Part shown: positions 22,701 through 37,700 of the stretch, in pieces
Layout: every line of letters begins with the position of its first letter
How positions within the stretch are numbered: position 1 is the stretch's first letter
Notes under the pieces: generated by a model
Told to the model about the DNA's origin: nothing
The model's database searches: none
What the model saw: the letters and a program-made list of their open reading frames with translations, nothing else
DNA from: Balanoglossus misakiensis
Lineage: Eukaryota > Animalia > Hemichordata
Reading direction: 5' to 3'
Length of the DNA stretch: 64,000 nt
Assembly: GCA_040954595.2 (NCBI GenBank)
Contig: CM082592.2
Span: 7,427,677-7,491,676 of the forward strand
Program-made: the position numbers and the translations under genes

Positions 22701-25700
22701 AATTCTTACAGGGAAACTCCTGTTCAGATCAAGAGCAAGACGTCAGAAGCCAAGAAGATGCTGGAACTGTGGAGGGATTCTTACTTTGAGGTCCGAGCCA
22801 AGATTGAAGCGTCCGGAAGAGATTCCAGATGGGAGTTCGACAGGAAGAAGCTGTTTGAGAGGACAGACTACATGGCCCAAATCTGTCAGGACATCCATGA
22901 TGTAGCACAGGTATTGTTCGTTATCACAAACTTGCAGTGGATACACCAACATATACTATATAGGAGTTGCCTAGTTGATATCATTACAGTATTTTTTAAT
23001 TATCAATCTATATTATTCTTTACAGGTGTTGGAAGAATTTTACAACATTTTTGGACCAGAGTTGAAATCAGTCACTGGAGATCCCAAGAAGATTGAAGAG
23101 GTGCTGAAGAGAGTTGATGATCTGGTAGTTCCCTTGGAGCAAGTAAGTTATGGTTTTATAATAAATAATACCAGTTTTCGGGTGAAAGTATGAAAAAGCC
23201 TTATACATTTGCAAGGTGAAACTGTTATATCTGATATTGCCTGCTGTGAGTGCATGCCCGCAATTACTGCCTCAGCCATCCAACGATAACCACTGTCTCC
23301 CTTTTAAACTCCAGGTGACCTTTGACCAGTTTGCCTTGAAACATCAACATCAGTGGAGGAACGTGACGGAATGGTTCCACAAGGAAGTGACTTCCATCGA
23401 GGGGGAGGCCAAGCACTTCATAGACGAGTCCTTCAAGACGCTGCGCTCGGCCGAGGGCGCCTTCGACATGCTGCTGAAGTTCAAGCACATCCGGTCGCGC
23501 GAAGCCATCAATTCGCAGATGATGCGCAAGTTTAATGATATTCTCCTGCAGTACGGTAAAGAGGTAGGTATTGTTAATTTGTCCCAAAAAAAATACATAC
23601 TACCAAAAACTGCATCCCATGATGATGACTATGGTGTACATCTGTACACATGGCCTATATTCATATTTAAATCATGTATAATTTTTACGACCAGGTTGAT
23701 ACAGTGAATTCACTGTTCAGGCAAGGCCTGGAACAGCCCCCATTGTCCAAGAACCAACCCCCCGTGGCCGGATCCATAGCTTGGGAGAGGTCGCTCTTCC
23801 ACAGAATCAAACACACCATCATCAGATTTCAAGCTGTTGAGGAAATGGTCACCAGTGAGATGGGGAAACAGGTAAGATATGATTTTAATGGTGTACAGTC
23901 ACCTGTAATTCACATATGCTCATATAAAGCGTGTAGTCAAATAACTGGTGGGGTCATTTTTTCTGTGTGGCCAAATTTGCAGTTTTCAGCAACTATCATA
24001 AACCTCTACTGATATCATGTGATAATTTCCACAATTAATGTCATATTTGCAATGTCAGATATAGTATAAGACATTGATTTGGGCACTGCTGTTATTACAG
24101 GCTCGTAAGAAGTACCTTGATGTGGCCAAACAAATGAAGGAGTACGAAGACAAGAAGTACGAGGAATGGAGGGAGTACGTGGAAGCCACCCTGCCGGGAT
24201 TGCTGAAACGGAACCTCCTAGCCAAACCCGTCCAGGGCTCCATCACCCAAGTTCAAGTCGAGGTGACGAATGCAGAGGAGGGTGAAGATGGGGTGCCAGG
24301 CACGGCTTCACAAGCAGGTATGGAGAGCAGCGAATATTTTCTTCTTCTTTTTTGTCGGATCAGCTCGTTTCCAACTGTTTCCACCTTCTTGCAATTCATT
24401 GCACAAGTTTGTTTTGTCGGTTCTTGTTTGTTTTAACCCTTTCACCACCATGGTTCGGTCCAACCCCATTGTTTCCTATGGTAAAGTTGGACCGCTAAAG
24501 AGGGAACTGGGGGTGAAAGGGTTCACGCGGTGTGCTTCCTATTACATTTTCACATTCAGTGTTTTAAGATACAATACATACTACACATACATGACGCTTA
24601 ATGTTTGTGTAAAGGCCAATCTTGTTAAACAATTCTGTGGTGTTGTGTTTTATGGTTTAAAAGGTAAATGTGCTCTCATGTGGTGGTGTATAATGTAATG
24701 GAGTGTAAAATAACGTTAAAATAATGTTCGTGTGTTCATGTGGTGTGTCTGGTCTTCGTTTTGACCCATTCCGTTGTAAATTTCCTGTCCATCCATCCAT
24801 CCATCCGTCAGTCACGACACGTCATCTCAGTCTGCATCTCACCACATCCCAATCCTCCCTCATGTTTTATACTTAACGGTGTTTTACTTTATATGGTGAT
24901 TTGTTAATTTGTACTTCTCTTCTTTTGTTTGTAATTATATATTATTCTGTAATTTGTTCATTTCACTCTCTGTCGACTCTTGTGTTGCATGCATTTGTCA
25001 CTATAGAAACTGAGCAAACATCTCAACAGCAACAACAACAACAGCAACAACAACAACAAAGTCAAGGTAATTTCAGTCGTGTGTGATAGGAAAAAAAACA
25101 CAAAACGTGTGCAAAACCCAATCAGCACTTGTCAGCCAAACTCGCACATCCCTTTCCCTGGATCCAACAAACAAGTCAGTCTCAAACTCAGGGAGATACA
25201 AAACTCTTGGTAGGATTTCAGCCTGCCACCCCTATACTGCAATTTACAGCAGTCCAAACTAACCAATGAAAACCAGAGTCATGTTACATTACATTACATT
25301 ACTCTGTTGGTCAAATCGATCTCGTCATAAGTAGAATTTTAGTAGAATTCAAAGCAACTTAGAAAATGTTGCCTTGCTGAAACTTGCATTTTTAAATGTA
25401 TATTGCCTTGCTATGCTATCTATTCTGTGCACCTATAAATGTGTCTGTAGTCATGTGTTCTCTCCAGATTGTCTCTTTAGTACTGCTTTTGTGTGACATA
25501 AATGTGTACATAACCTTATTAAACATTTCAGGACACCAGCGAAAAACGAAAGGTGGCACAGCTACTAATATGGCAAACTGTTGGATTATTTTTTTGTCGG
25601 AAAACATACTAAGATATTGACAAAAAAATCTCACTATTGTAGACTTAACCTAGGCTTTGAGTGTACCACAGTGCAAATAAAACATAGCTGCAAATCTTGC

Positions 25701-28700
25701 CCAAAAACATAAATTGTGAATGTTGCACATTGTGTGTTAGCCATGTGTGTCTACACAGATACATGTATCCACAGAACACTACACGCATTTTACTTTTATC
25801 TTACAATTTTGCATACTTTATGCAATTGCAGATAGACTAGCAGATGAGAAGCAGATGACTAGCAGTTAACACTGTAGAGGCTATGCCTGGATCCTAATAC
25901 CCTAACACAACACTACTTTCACAAGTTTTATAAAGAATGTATCTATTTTAATTTTGCTGTATTTTGTTTCATTCCCAAGTTCAAGTGAAGTATGTGGTGG
26001 ACTTTGCGCCGGAGTTATCCGAGATAGTCACTGAGACCAAGCACATGGAACAACTGGGCTTTTCCATTCCAGAGTTGGCCAGAAATGTGGCCTTACAGGT
26101 TAGTTCATCAAGCGCTGTGAAGGTCACCTTGTGAAAGTGTTCAAGAGGGTTCGATAAATGTTCTAACTCATATGCCATGGAGTTCAGATATCATCGGTCA
26201 CTGAAGTGAAAATGAAAAATGAAAGATCTACATGTAGGTTGTTTCTGCTATGAAGGTTGTAACCCAACAGATTTAAAATTGTGTTCTTGTTCCATCTATA
26301 GGAGGATAAATACATCAAATACAACGATGGGCTGAAACACATGCTGAACAGATACCACAATGCAATCGCATCGCTCAACCCGGCAGAGGTATGGAAACAC
26401 TGGGGGTTTCAATCTTGCTGTTTCGATCGTGTTTCTTGAACATTTTAAAAAATTGCACAGGTTGAGTCCAGATTTTGACAGATGTTCTCACAGAAGCGAT
26501 ATTCTTTTTTCATCGACAGACAATGCTGCTGGAGGAACACACTCGGGATCTGCGTCGCACTATGAAACCTGGGTACAAGCGCCTCAATTGGAACTCTTTG
26601 GGCATCAGTGATTACATCACCAGATGTGAACAGGTTTGTTTGAGGAAAAAACAACAGAAAATGAACCAATCCGTATGTAACCCTAGCCAGATTCTCACCA
26701 CTGCACAGTACTTACAATATGCTATTGGAAGAATTCACCCCCCCCCCCCCTCAAAAAAAAAAGCAGCATCACAAATGCCCTGTAGCAGATGCACCTGGCA
26801 GCAGTAAAACCACTTTTTATTGAACGTTCCATTTGAGCAAGAGAGGTCACGACAAATCAATACTTGGCAGTCAGGAAGCCGTTGTTTTTGACCAGGGCAG
26901 ATAATCCTTGGGGTTATTGCAAATTAAAAATCAATGCAGGCAGAAAGTCAATAATGATGCATAAAAAGGGGTTAAAAATCAGCTTCTAGTGTACAATGTA
27001 AAAGCACACATGCACGGGTAAGGTGCTTCAGTGAAGAAATTAGACTACCGGTAGTTTGCCCTTCGGCTTCAATAGCACTATTCCGCACTCGCATAGCATG
27101 GGTGAAACAAATCTGTGTGAGATGTGAACATTAGGGTTACAGTGGATTGGCTCAGAGTTGTAGAGACTGTTTGGATGCCGCCAGAAAAGCTCACGAAATG
27201 AATGTCTGTGTTGTCAAAGTCTTCAATCACCTACCAAATGAAGATATACTTTTTGACTCAATAATTAACCCAGTAAAGCAGCTCAATTTAGCCTGGGAGT
27301 GATATATACAATAATGTAGCGCACCGTGGAGTCACTCAGAAATGAAATGTGGGGCATTTAATTTTGGCAATTGAAGCAGACATTCATTTTTATGAGCATT
27401 TCTGGTGATATCAAAAAACGGTCCCTGTTGATTGCATGACACAGTGGAGTTCCATGAGGCCTTTGTAGATCTAGGGACTCAGTGTGGGGTGAGTAGCAAA
27501 AAAATGATGAAATTCGCAGAAATATCTGTGGATTAAAGTAAGTATTGTTAGTACATATCTCGTATATCTGTCTAATAAAAATTTATTACATTTCTGGCCA
27601 TTTTTTCCAAAAAGCAACACCTCACCATTTCATTTCAATGATTCAATTACGGACTATTGAATTTTCGCCTTTGATCGTATACCTGCACCCCAGCATTTCA
27701 ATAATGATGACACATTGAAATGAATTATTGTCCGTACAATAATTAATAGATTAAATTAACTCAATTTGAGTTACATGTACTGTTGACATTATTTGGATTC
27801 TAACGTAAGTCTGCATGTAATCAAAATAGTGCAGTGTTAAGTGAATATTTAAAAAAAATAACTATTGTGTTTGTAAGCTTGTAAGCCTCTGTTTCCAACC
27901 AGGCCTTAGGAAAGTTTGAGTCACTGGTGAACCAGATACAGAAGAATGCTCAAGACATTGACCAGAGACTGAAGATCATGGAGTACGCTGACCTCTTCAG
28001 AGGACCACCTGCCAGATTTGCAGACACATTACCCAGTGCAAAGGTACAGTTGCTGTGGTTTCCAATTTCCTTAGTCAGTCTGTTGGTTCACAGTTTGGGC
28101 TGTTATCAGAGAAAAAAACTTTGTATATCGCCAAGTTGTTATTCTATATATTTCCCTGAGTAAATATTTGGACTTGTACATTTTTTTTTTTGCAGGAATA
28201 CTTTGAGCACATTGAGAAGGAGAGAGCACACACCTTTGAGACACTCGCAAGGAAGTACAGAGCCATTGGTCCACTGCTGACAAAGATGGAAGGTTTAGTG
28301 GTGCATACAAACACTGGCAAATCGCCGAGACTTGCATCGTATTATGCCTACTGGGAAAGGAGGGTTTACGACTCGCTCACAAAGGTAAACAAGAGGAAGC
28401 GTAGTGTCTTGTATTTTATTATTTAAGACGACAGTGACAAGTGGAGGATTTTATCATGTTGAACTTGTGCTTTCAACTTCTTACTGTTGCCTGGTATCGC
28501 AGATTATATTTCTCATGCAAAAATGTATTGAAGTGTTGCAAATGTTTATACAGCACTAAGTTGAATCCAAGGGTATGTTGGGCAAGTTTTTTTTCAAACT
28601 TCGTGAACTTTTGCCACACATGTGACTTTCCCAAATCCAGTTGTTCCTTTGTGATGCAGGTGGTATACACATGTTAAAAGACAGAAATTGAATCACCACA

Positions 28701-31700
28701 CACTGAAGCTTCGTATATCAAAGTTCACCATCCCGATAACAAAAACAGTATACAAAATATATGAAGGAAAATCAAGCAATAATTGCATTCTTCATCTGCA
28801 CCAACAGCTGATCAGTAGGAACCTGCAATTTTTCACCGAAGCCATCACATCAGAGCAGCCACTGCTTCAAATCGAAGCCATGCTGTCGGCACCAGAGATT
28901 ATTCTGTCCCCAGCAGCCAGTGAGATCTATAAACTTCTGATGCAGTGTGTCAGGGACTGTGTAGAAGGGTAGGTATCCCTTTAACCCTTACACCCCTATT
29001 TCCCTATGTAGAGGTCCATCTTTACCATAGAAATCAATGGGTTTGGACCAAACCATGGTGGGAAAGAAAACTTTTGAGTATTCAAACCATATCAGGATGG
29101 CCACCCCTGGATATTATAATCCAATCATTCCCCCATCCACCAGTTAGGACTAGAGTTTGAGAGAAGTGTCCAGGGGGTGACTATCCTAGAACCGTTCAAA
29201 CACTGGCAATTGCAACACCTTGACAATGTTTTTTCCGCGACAGATCCAAGAACTTTGTGCGGTGGATGCACGGCACTTGCATCGAGACGCCGCCGCAGAA
29301 CGTGGAGGGGGAGGACGAGCCGATCATCCTCAGCTTCTTCAAGGACATCTCGGCCAACCCGGCCATCGTGGACCTGGTGGTGGGCATCTCCAACAGCATC
29401 CAGAAGACGCTGTCCACGCTCACCAAGTACCTCAACAAGTGGAAGAGGTACCGGCCGCTCTGGAAGCTGGACAAGACCATCATGCTGGACAAGTTCGCCC
29501 AGAAGAAGCCCTCCTGCGTCTCGTACGACGAGAAGTTGCAGTTCTACAGTAATCTTGCAGTTGAGGTGAGCTCATCGTTGTATGCCTTCACCCTGCTGGT
29601 GGTGAATATTGGGTCAACCCTTGCCATTGAAAATAATGATATTAAAACATTTTTGTGTGTGGATGAAAGTTTTTTTCTCTTTTTGGGATCGATTATTTGT
29701 GTGTTTGAAGTGTAAATGTGTTCAAAGATACAGTCAAACCTATGTTAGTGGCCACCTCTATATAGTGGCCACTTGTTACGGGCCCTGTGCCTTTAACATG
29801 TATATTAGTTGACCTGTCTATTAAGGCCAGTTTAGGGAAGTCCCTTGACTCAGGCCACTATTTGACTGTACAGCTGTGCATTAGACACAACTCTAAAAGT
29901 GTGTATTTTCACTGCAGGTTGGCAACCAACCGATGATCAAGGACCAAGAGTGCGTCCGACTGGAGCTGTCACCTTTGGCCAAGACAGTGCAGGACCACGC
30001 CAAGAAGTGGGTGGAATCCCTCGGTCAGCTTCTCAATGATTCGGCCAAGGAGGAGTTGTTTGGTCTCAGAAATGAACTCGAGGTGAGAGTCGATCAGTTC
30101 TGTGTATAACTTTTTTACACAGAGTTGACAAGAAATAAATCAAATCAATCATATACTAAAGTATTATTCTTAAAGCCAGTTAATATTTATAACTTGTAAT
30201 ATTTCAGTTCAGTGTTACATCAGTTCATCCCTTTTCTGTATTCACTCTTGATGAATTTGCATTCATGATCAAAGGAGTTGGAGTTTAACATCAAAGACAA
30301 GCTGCCACAGGTTGACCAAAGTCAGGCAGCAGTCCAGGTGATCAGTTTGACACCCCCTCCCCAGGTCACCAGTTGGCTTGACCGCTGGCCTGTGTCATCA
30401 CTCAGTTTGATATCGACACCAGCGAAGGTCATCCCACTGTACATCCCTGCATGTTAACCTTGTGTTAACATTTCTGCATGTTTGCTGTGTGAAATGCTTT
30501 TAATGTCAGATTTCCTAGAGAACTGGAGTGTTTAATCATAGCATGACAATCCACCAGAAATAAACTTGAACAAATTTACCACTGATGTATACAAATGTTC
30601 AGATTTTCTTAAAGCAGGTCATAAATTTTCGTAGTATGTACACATAATTACAATTGCTGTTGGTACAGACTTAATTTCCTCCCCCTTCTGTGCTTCTGTT
30701 GTGAAACCCTGCAAACGCACTTGAAGAATTCCAACGTAGCGAAGTCTATTGGGGATTGATTCAAATCAAAAGTTTCAAAGGGACCCCCTGAAAAGCCAAT
30801 GTTAATAACATATCTCCACTACCCTTCTCTACAAAAATCTTTCAGCAACTGACCCAAGACCTGAAGAAAACACCGGACACGCTGGAAGACCTGAAGTTCG
30901 TGCTGAGGGTGATCGCCGACATCAAGGACATATCGCTCAACGTGGAGATGAGATTCGTGGACATACAAGAGAGGTACCGCACGCTGGCCATGTACGACAT
31001 CGCGGTGACGGAAGAGGAGAGAGTGCTGTGCCGCGACATCCGGCAGATCTGGGAAGACTTGTTCCTTGAGTCCAAACACGTGGATGCCAGCCTCATTGTC
31101 GTCAAGAAGAAATTCACTGAGGTAGGATAATGTTCTTTGTTGGAAAAAGAAAATTGTGTCGTCATGTAGGCCACAATGTATGGTATGTTGCATAGGTCGT
31201 CAATATGATTCAGTGACGTTATATCACATAGTTTGCATATATAGGTACTATCCCTTCCTGCTTGTACTTAATATAAGTATGTACTTTTTTCTATCTTGAT
31301 GACTGCAGATTACACAGGATCAGATCACAGGGTTCGGTTCCGAGCTGTCCAGCTTCCAAGAGAAATTCAAAAGCGATGGTCCGGGAGCTGTGGGAGCTGA
31401 CCTTGACAAAGGTGAGGTCAAGTTTTCCAACTTTTCTTGATTTTGTAGGAAAAAAAGTCTAAAAGATGTGTGGTCTGTCATATGTTCCACAAGCAAGGAG
31501 AGAAATTAATTCTCCTAACACATGGATTTTTCTAGCTGATGAATGTATTCACTTTTTTGATGCACAGGTCTGGAACTGCTGGCTAGCTACCAGAAGGAGT
31601 TGAACCAGTACGAAAAAGACCGGCAGGAACTGGCCAATGCTGAGAGGTTGTTTGACCTGCCGATCACAATGTACCCCGACTTACTGGCCGTGCAGAAAGA

Positions 31701-34700
31701 AATGAAAGGATTGGAACAGATCTACACCATTTACAAATCCCAGAAGGTGAGTTGGTGCATTTTTGGGGGAATTATTGCCATTGGAGTGGTTCTGTGATGT
31801 ATGTAGACATCTACAAAATTTTGTAGCCTTTTGAATTTCTATAGAAGTTTATAAAATTTCTATGGACATTTATAAATTTCTGTGTAATTTTGGAACCATC
31901 TATTCAAATATCAAAATCTATCGAACACTATAGAACTATACAGAACATTTTTGTTAGGGTGTGGAGAAATTGACAATCGTCCTCTCTGCTTGCAGGCGGC
32001 CAGAGAAGAATGGGCCCAGACATTGTGGGCCAATCTGAACGTGGCGCAGCTACAGGATGGTATCGATGGGTACATCAAACAGTTAAAGAAACTGCCAAGA
32101 GACGTGAAGAGCACACCGTCGGCCCATTTCTTGGAGGGCAAACTGAAGGAATTCAAAGAGTCACTGCCATTGTTGCTGGATCTGAAGAATGAGGCTCTCA
32201 GAGAGCGGTATGTATCACGTCGTAATGCTTTCAAAGCCAGTTACTCTTGTTTCAGAAAAACATGTTTGGCAAATGTACTGGCTACATGTCTATTTTTTTC
32301 AACTCTGCAGTCATTGGAAAGAATTGATGGCCAAGACTGGCAAAGACTTTGACATGAATCCGGAAACTCTGACATTGGAGAAGCTGTTTGCCATGGAACT
32401 TCACAACTATGCAGAGGCCATCGCCGGTATCGTCAACAGTGCCTCCAAGGAATTGAGCATTGAAAAGGTAGGGCATAGTTTTTACAGTACCTACACTTCC
32501 ATCAAAAGATAGAGATATCTGTTACGCTATCATACTATATAGGTGACAACTATATTGACTTTGAATTTTTTAGTGTTGAAAGACACAGGCTGATTCCCTC
32601 CTAACTGTTCCGGTTCGTTTTTCCAGGGCATCAAAGAGGTACAGGACACGTGGGACGCCATGAAATTCCAGGTGCAGAAATACACGAAAGGCACTCAAGA
32701 CAGGGGCTTCATCCTGGGCTCTGTGGATGAGGTCCTTCAGATCTTGGACGACAATGCCATGAATTTGCAGTCGATGTCTGCGTCTAGGTTTATTGGACCG
32801 TTCCTTGGCAACGTGCAGTCCTGGGAGAAGAGTCTCTCGCTCATCGCGGAAGTGCTCGAGGTGAGATCGCGAAGCTAGGTTTGTTTTACCTCTGTGTCAA
32901 AGGCAACTCCCAGTTGCCCACCAGAAAGTTAGCAATGAGGGGCAAATTCAAGTTTTATCACATCAGGGATGATTTAGATGAGAGATAGCATCCATGAATA
33001 GCTTTACATCATATGCAAATGACTAATACTGGGCTACTGAAGTAGAAGGGTGAAATTGGTATTTTGATCTTTGCAAACCTGAAATGAAACAGTGTGTAGT
33101 ACATACTATAGATTTCACACATATTAAATGCTTGTTGGTGTTGATATTTTTTTTCAGATCTGGATGGTTGTACAACGAAAGTGGATGTACTTGGAGAGCA
33201 TCTTCATCGGTGGAGACATCCGATCCCAGCTACCTGAAGAGGCCAAGAAATTTGATGCAATAGACAAGATGTTCAAAAAGGTAAAAACACAACGAAAAAT
33301 CTTAGATGCAATAATAATGACTATTCCTGTATTTTTGTGCAGTTGCCTGTGTGTCGCCCCACTTTTCTATGTATTATTTTCATATCATTATGATGATAAT
33401 TTGGGGTCCTCAAAGAGCTAAATGTACACACGGTCACTGATGTCTTCCTTTTAAAGATGCATTGTCTTCCCCTTTTGCACAGATCATGCAAGAAACCCAC
33501 AAAAATCCTAAAATCAAAGATGCCTGCCACGAGCCGAACCGGCTGCAAGACTTGGAGAACATCAGCACAGGGCTGGAGAAATGCCAGAAGAGCTTGAACG
33601 ACTATCTGGATTCCAAGCGAAACGCCTTCCCGAGGTTCTTCTTCATCTCCGACGATGAACTGCTGTCCATCCTCGGCAGCAGCGACCCGACCTGCGTCCA
33701 AGAACACATGATTAAGGTAGTGGACAGTCCCCGACTACTCAAAAGTTAGAATATCGTCATTTTCCTGATTTGTATATGTTGTTTATCACTGAATGAATAT
33801 GGGGCCAGCCATGCTGTTGCAAACAATGGGACTTCACCAAGCTATGCAGAAGAACATGTATTTAATGTATATTGTCTGTGTGCCCTTGCTCCAGATGTTT
33901 GACAACATCGCATCACTACGCTTCGAAGAGAGCACCAGCTCCAGTGAGCTGAACGCGGCGGCCATGAACTCGGCCGAGGGCGAGGTTATGGACTTCCGAA
34001 AGAAGGTGTCTGCCGAGGGCAGGGTGGAAGATTGGATGACCAACGTCCTGAACGAGATGAGGAGAACCAACCGGCTGATCACCAAGGAAGCTCTATTTAC
34101 ATATTGTGCTGATGGCAAAACAAGGTTGGTTCATTGTACTTGTAACATCTCTCTTTGTTCCAAAAGTGAATTATTATTTTTTACTTTTTCAGGGCGACTT
34201 CCGCATATTCTGTATGCTATTACCCCCAGACCAATCAATATGTGTATAAAAGTGATTTGGGAATGCCGATAACTGAAGATCTGTTGGCTGTCTAGCTAAC
34301 TGCAGTTTAGCAGCGCAAGGTTTTGCCTGGGTTTATGTGTCCATCTAACTCATAAACCAAGGCAAAACCTCCAGCTTCTGAACTGCAGCTACTGGCTATC
34401 ATGACATGCTGAATTAAGAGACTGTAGTGGATCAGAAAATAACATCCATGTGTACTCACTCGCATGTGAAAATGATCATTTTCACCCCCCACTTTTCTGT
34501 TGCCTCTGCAGAGTCGAGTGGATGTACCTCTATCAAGGTATGGTTGTGCTGGCCGGAAACCAGGTCTGGTGGACCTGGGAAGTAGAAGACGTCTTCTCCA
34601 AGTTCAAGAAGGGCGACAAAGCTGCCATGAAGAATTTCGCTAAGAGGATGCACAAGCAGATCGACGACCTCGTAGTGCAGGTACAGAAAGAAAAAAAATG

Positions 34701-37700
34701 AATCACAAAACCTCATCATGAAAATATTTGGATGAAGATAGTGATGATCATTCAGAACTAAGAAATTATTTCATTTGTGTTTCTCAAGGAATAGATGTAT
34801 AGTAACATATAATGTAACTATCAAAAATGTCTGAAACTGTTGTCTTTTTATACAACAGCCAAGTTCACTTTTCTTTTTCGCTTTGCTCACTCTGTCCAGG
34901 TGCGATCTCCGCTGTCCAAGAACGACCGTCTCAAATTCAACACTGTGCTCATCATTGATGTGCATGCAAGGGACATCATTGACAGGTTTGTCAGAGACAG
35001 GTAAGTCTTACCCCCACCTCCAACCCCCCGGGACCCCTGTCTGTCGTGTCCGTCATAATTTGGGCACAGTAGTGACTGCCGCTGAGAGCTTATTAGAAAC
35101 CAATGGATTTGGACCGAACCATAGTGGTGAAAGGGTAACAAATAACTGTATTATATTTTCAGTATTATGGATTCCCGGGAGTTTGAATGGGAAAGTCAGT
35201 TGAGATTCTACTGGGACAAGGAAGATGATGAACTGCTCGTCAAGCAGTGCACCGGTTCCTTCGGATACGGTTATGAGTACATGGGTTTGAATGGCAGACT
35301 TGTTATCACACCGCTGACCGACAGAATCTATCTCACACTAACACAGGTAAGAATGCACAGTGGTTTTAATTATACATGTATAAGTTCTCCCCATTCTATA
35401 CCTAACTGTTGGTCCAGTGTTTAGACTGAAGAAATATTGGACCTGTGTGCATGGGGTAGGGGTTTTTCATATGCACTCATACTTATGGTTTATGAATATT
35501 TGGTACTTCTCATTACTTTAATAGGCATTGTCCATGCAACTTGGAGGGGCTCCGGCCGGACCAGCCGGTACTGGCAAGACAGAAACAACCAAAGATTTAG
35601 CCAAGGCTCTGGGATTGCTGTGTGTGGTCACAAACTGTGGTGAGGGTATGGATTACAAGGTGAGTGGTACATCGGCCATTGTTGCTTTTCAACAGATTCA
35701 GCAGAATACACAGAGATAGTCTGTACTGTGTTGATCTGAATAATTCCAGTCTTAATGTTTTGAGTAAAGTCATTTGCAACTTTGTTTTCTGTCTGACCCA
35801 AGTTGCAAACTTGAAGACTTTTTTTTTATAGCTGTTAAGAAAAGTGACAGGCCTAGATATTTGTGTTATTTGTATTCTGTACCTCAGTATTATTTTAACC
35901 ATCATTTCTGTATTTCAGGCAATTGGCAAGATCTTCTCTGGTTTATGCCAGTGTGGGGCATGGGGTTGCTTTGATGAGTTCAACCGTATCGACGTCTCTG
36001 TGTTGTCCGTCATCTCGTCGCAAATCCAGACCATCAGGAATGCGCTCATACACCACCTCAAGAAATTCCAGGTAATTTGATTTCCCCCCCTTTTTGCAAT
36101 CCCTCCTCACCAACAAAGGAAATCAATCTGATGCTATGCATTAGTAGGTCATCTCCAGTTAGTAAGTAATGACCCTAACCTTGTAATTTTCCTTTGTCCC
36201 AATGACAGTTTGAAGGAAGTGAGATCGCCATGGACGATCGCATGGGTATATTTATCACCATGAATCCTGGTTACGCTGGACGTACTGAACTGCCGGAGAG
36301 CGTCAAAGCCCTCTTCAGGCCCGTGGTGGTAATCGTGCCCGACTTGCAGCAGATCTGCGAGATCATGTTGTTCTCAGAAGGTTTCCTTATGGCAAAGGTG
36401 GGTGTTCTTTTGCTGCTGGCAAGGGGACTTTTGCTATCTTGGAAAACATTCGAAAAGAGAGAGATAATTCAAAAATGAACTAAAGATATGGCTGTTTGTA
36501 GAATCAAGTTTTGTTAAAATAATAGCTCCAGGACAAACATTGCAAAAAAGAAGATAACTTTAAAAAAAATTTGTTTTATTTTCTTGCATGTAGATTTTAG
36601 CCAAGAAGATGACAGTGTTATACAAACTGGCCAAGGAACAGTTGTCCAAGCAACACCACTACGATTTTGGTCTGCGTGCCCTGAAATCTGTGCTGGTCAT
36701 GGCTGGAGAACTCAAGCGAGGTGCATCTGAACTGCCAGAGGTGTGTATGTTTATATGTGTGTGTGTGTGTGTTTGTCTGTCTGTCTGTCCGTGTGCATGT
36801 ACAACTCACTCATCATTTATTCTGTTTGAGTTTCTCCTGACATTTGCTAAGCTCGATATTTCGTTAAATTTCAGGATGTTGTATTGATGAGAGCCCTCCG
36901 TGATATGAATCAGCCCAAGTTCGTCTTTGAGGACGTACCGCTCTTCCTGGGGTTGATTTCCGACTTGTTCCCGGGATTGGACGTCCCCCGCGTCCGCTAT
37001 CCCAACTTCAACGACGCCGTGGAACAAGTGCTGGTGGATAACAACTACATCATGTTGGAACAACAGGTAGAGTTGCAGGAAGCATACATGTACACTTGCA
37101 TGAGTTTGTTTTCAAGTGACTAGTGGTCCTTTGGGGTCTCATGAACTTGTTTTGAAATTTTGCCAGTAGGAATTTCAATAATTGTCATTAGGGAATTCAG
37201 GCTGTTCTTTACATTCAATTCAAAGTTGCACTGTACTTCTTGAATAATGATATTTCCTTTCTCATTTGTGATTTTTTTGTACATTTCAGGTTGACAAAGT
37301 TGTACAGCTGTATGAGACTATGTTGACCAGGCACACCACAATGGTGGTTGGACCCACAGGAGGTGGCAAATCCGTCGTCATCAACACGCTCTGTCAGTCA
37401 CAAACAAGGTGGGTCACAACTCTTTTGCAAATGGATGATTTTTCTGCTCATTGCGGCATCTCGCAACAGAGACTTGCTTTTTAAATTCTGTGGACCTCTA
37501 CAGAGGGAAATAACATGCTAGCAATATTTGCAATATTTATTATTCCATCACAGACTGGGTGTACAGACCAAGCTGTTTATCCTGAACTCCAAGGCTATGT
37601 CGGTGATCGAGCTCTACGGTATCCTGGACCCCAACACCCGTGACTGGACCGACGGCCTCCTCTCCAACATCTTCCGTGACATCAACAAGCCCACGGACAA

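Noticed and set aside
28969-28985. GTATCCCTT resembling a U12 donor
   Set aside because: The reading frame requires the upstream GG|GTAGGT donor, and the motif is partly created by the adjacent MITE.
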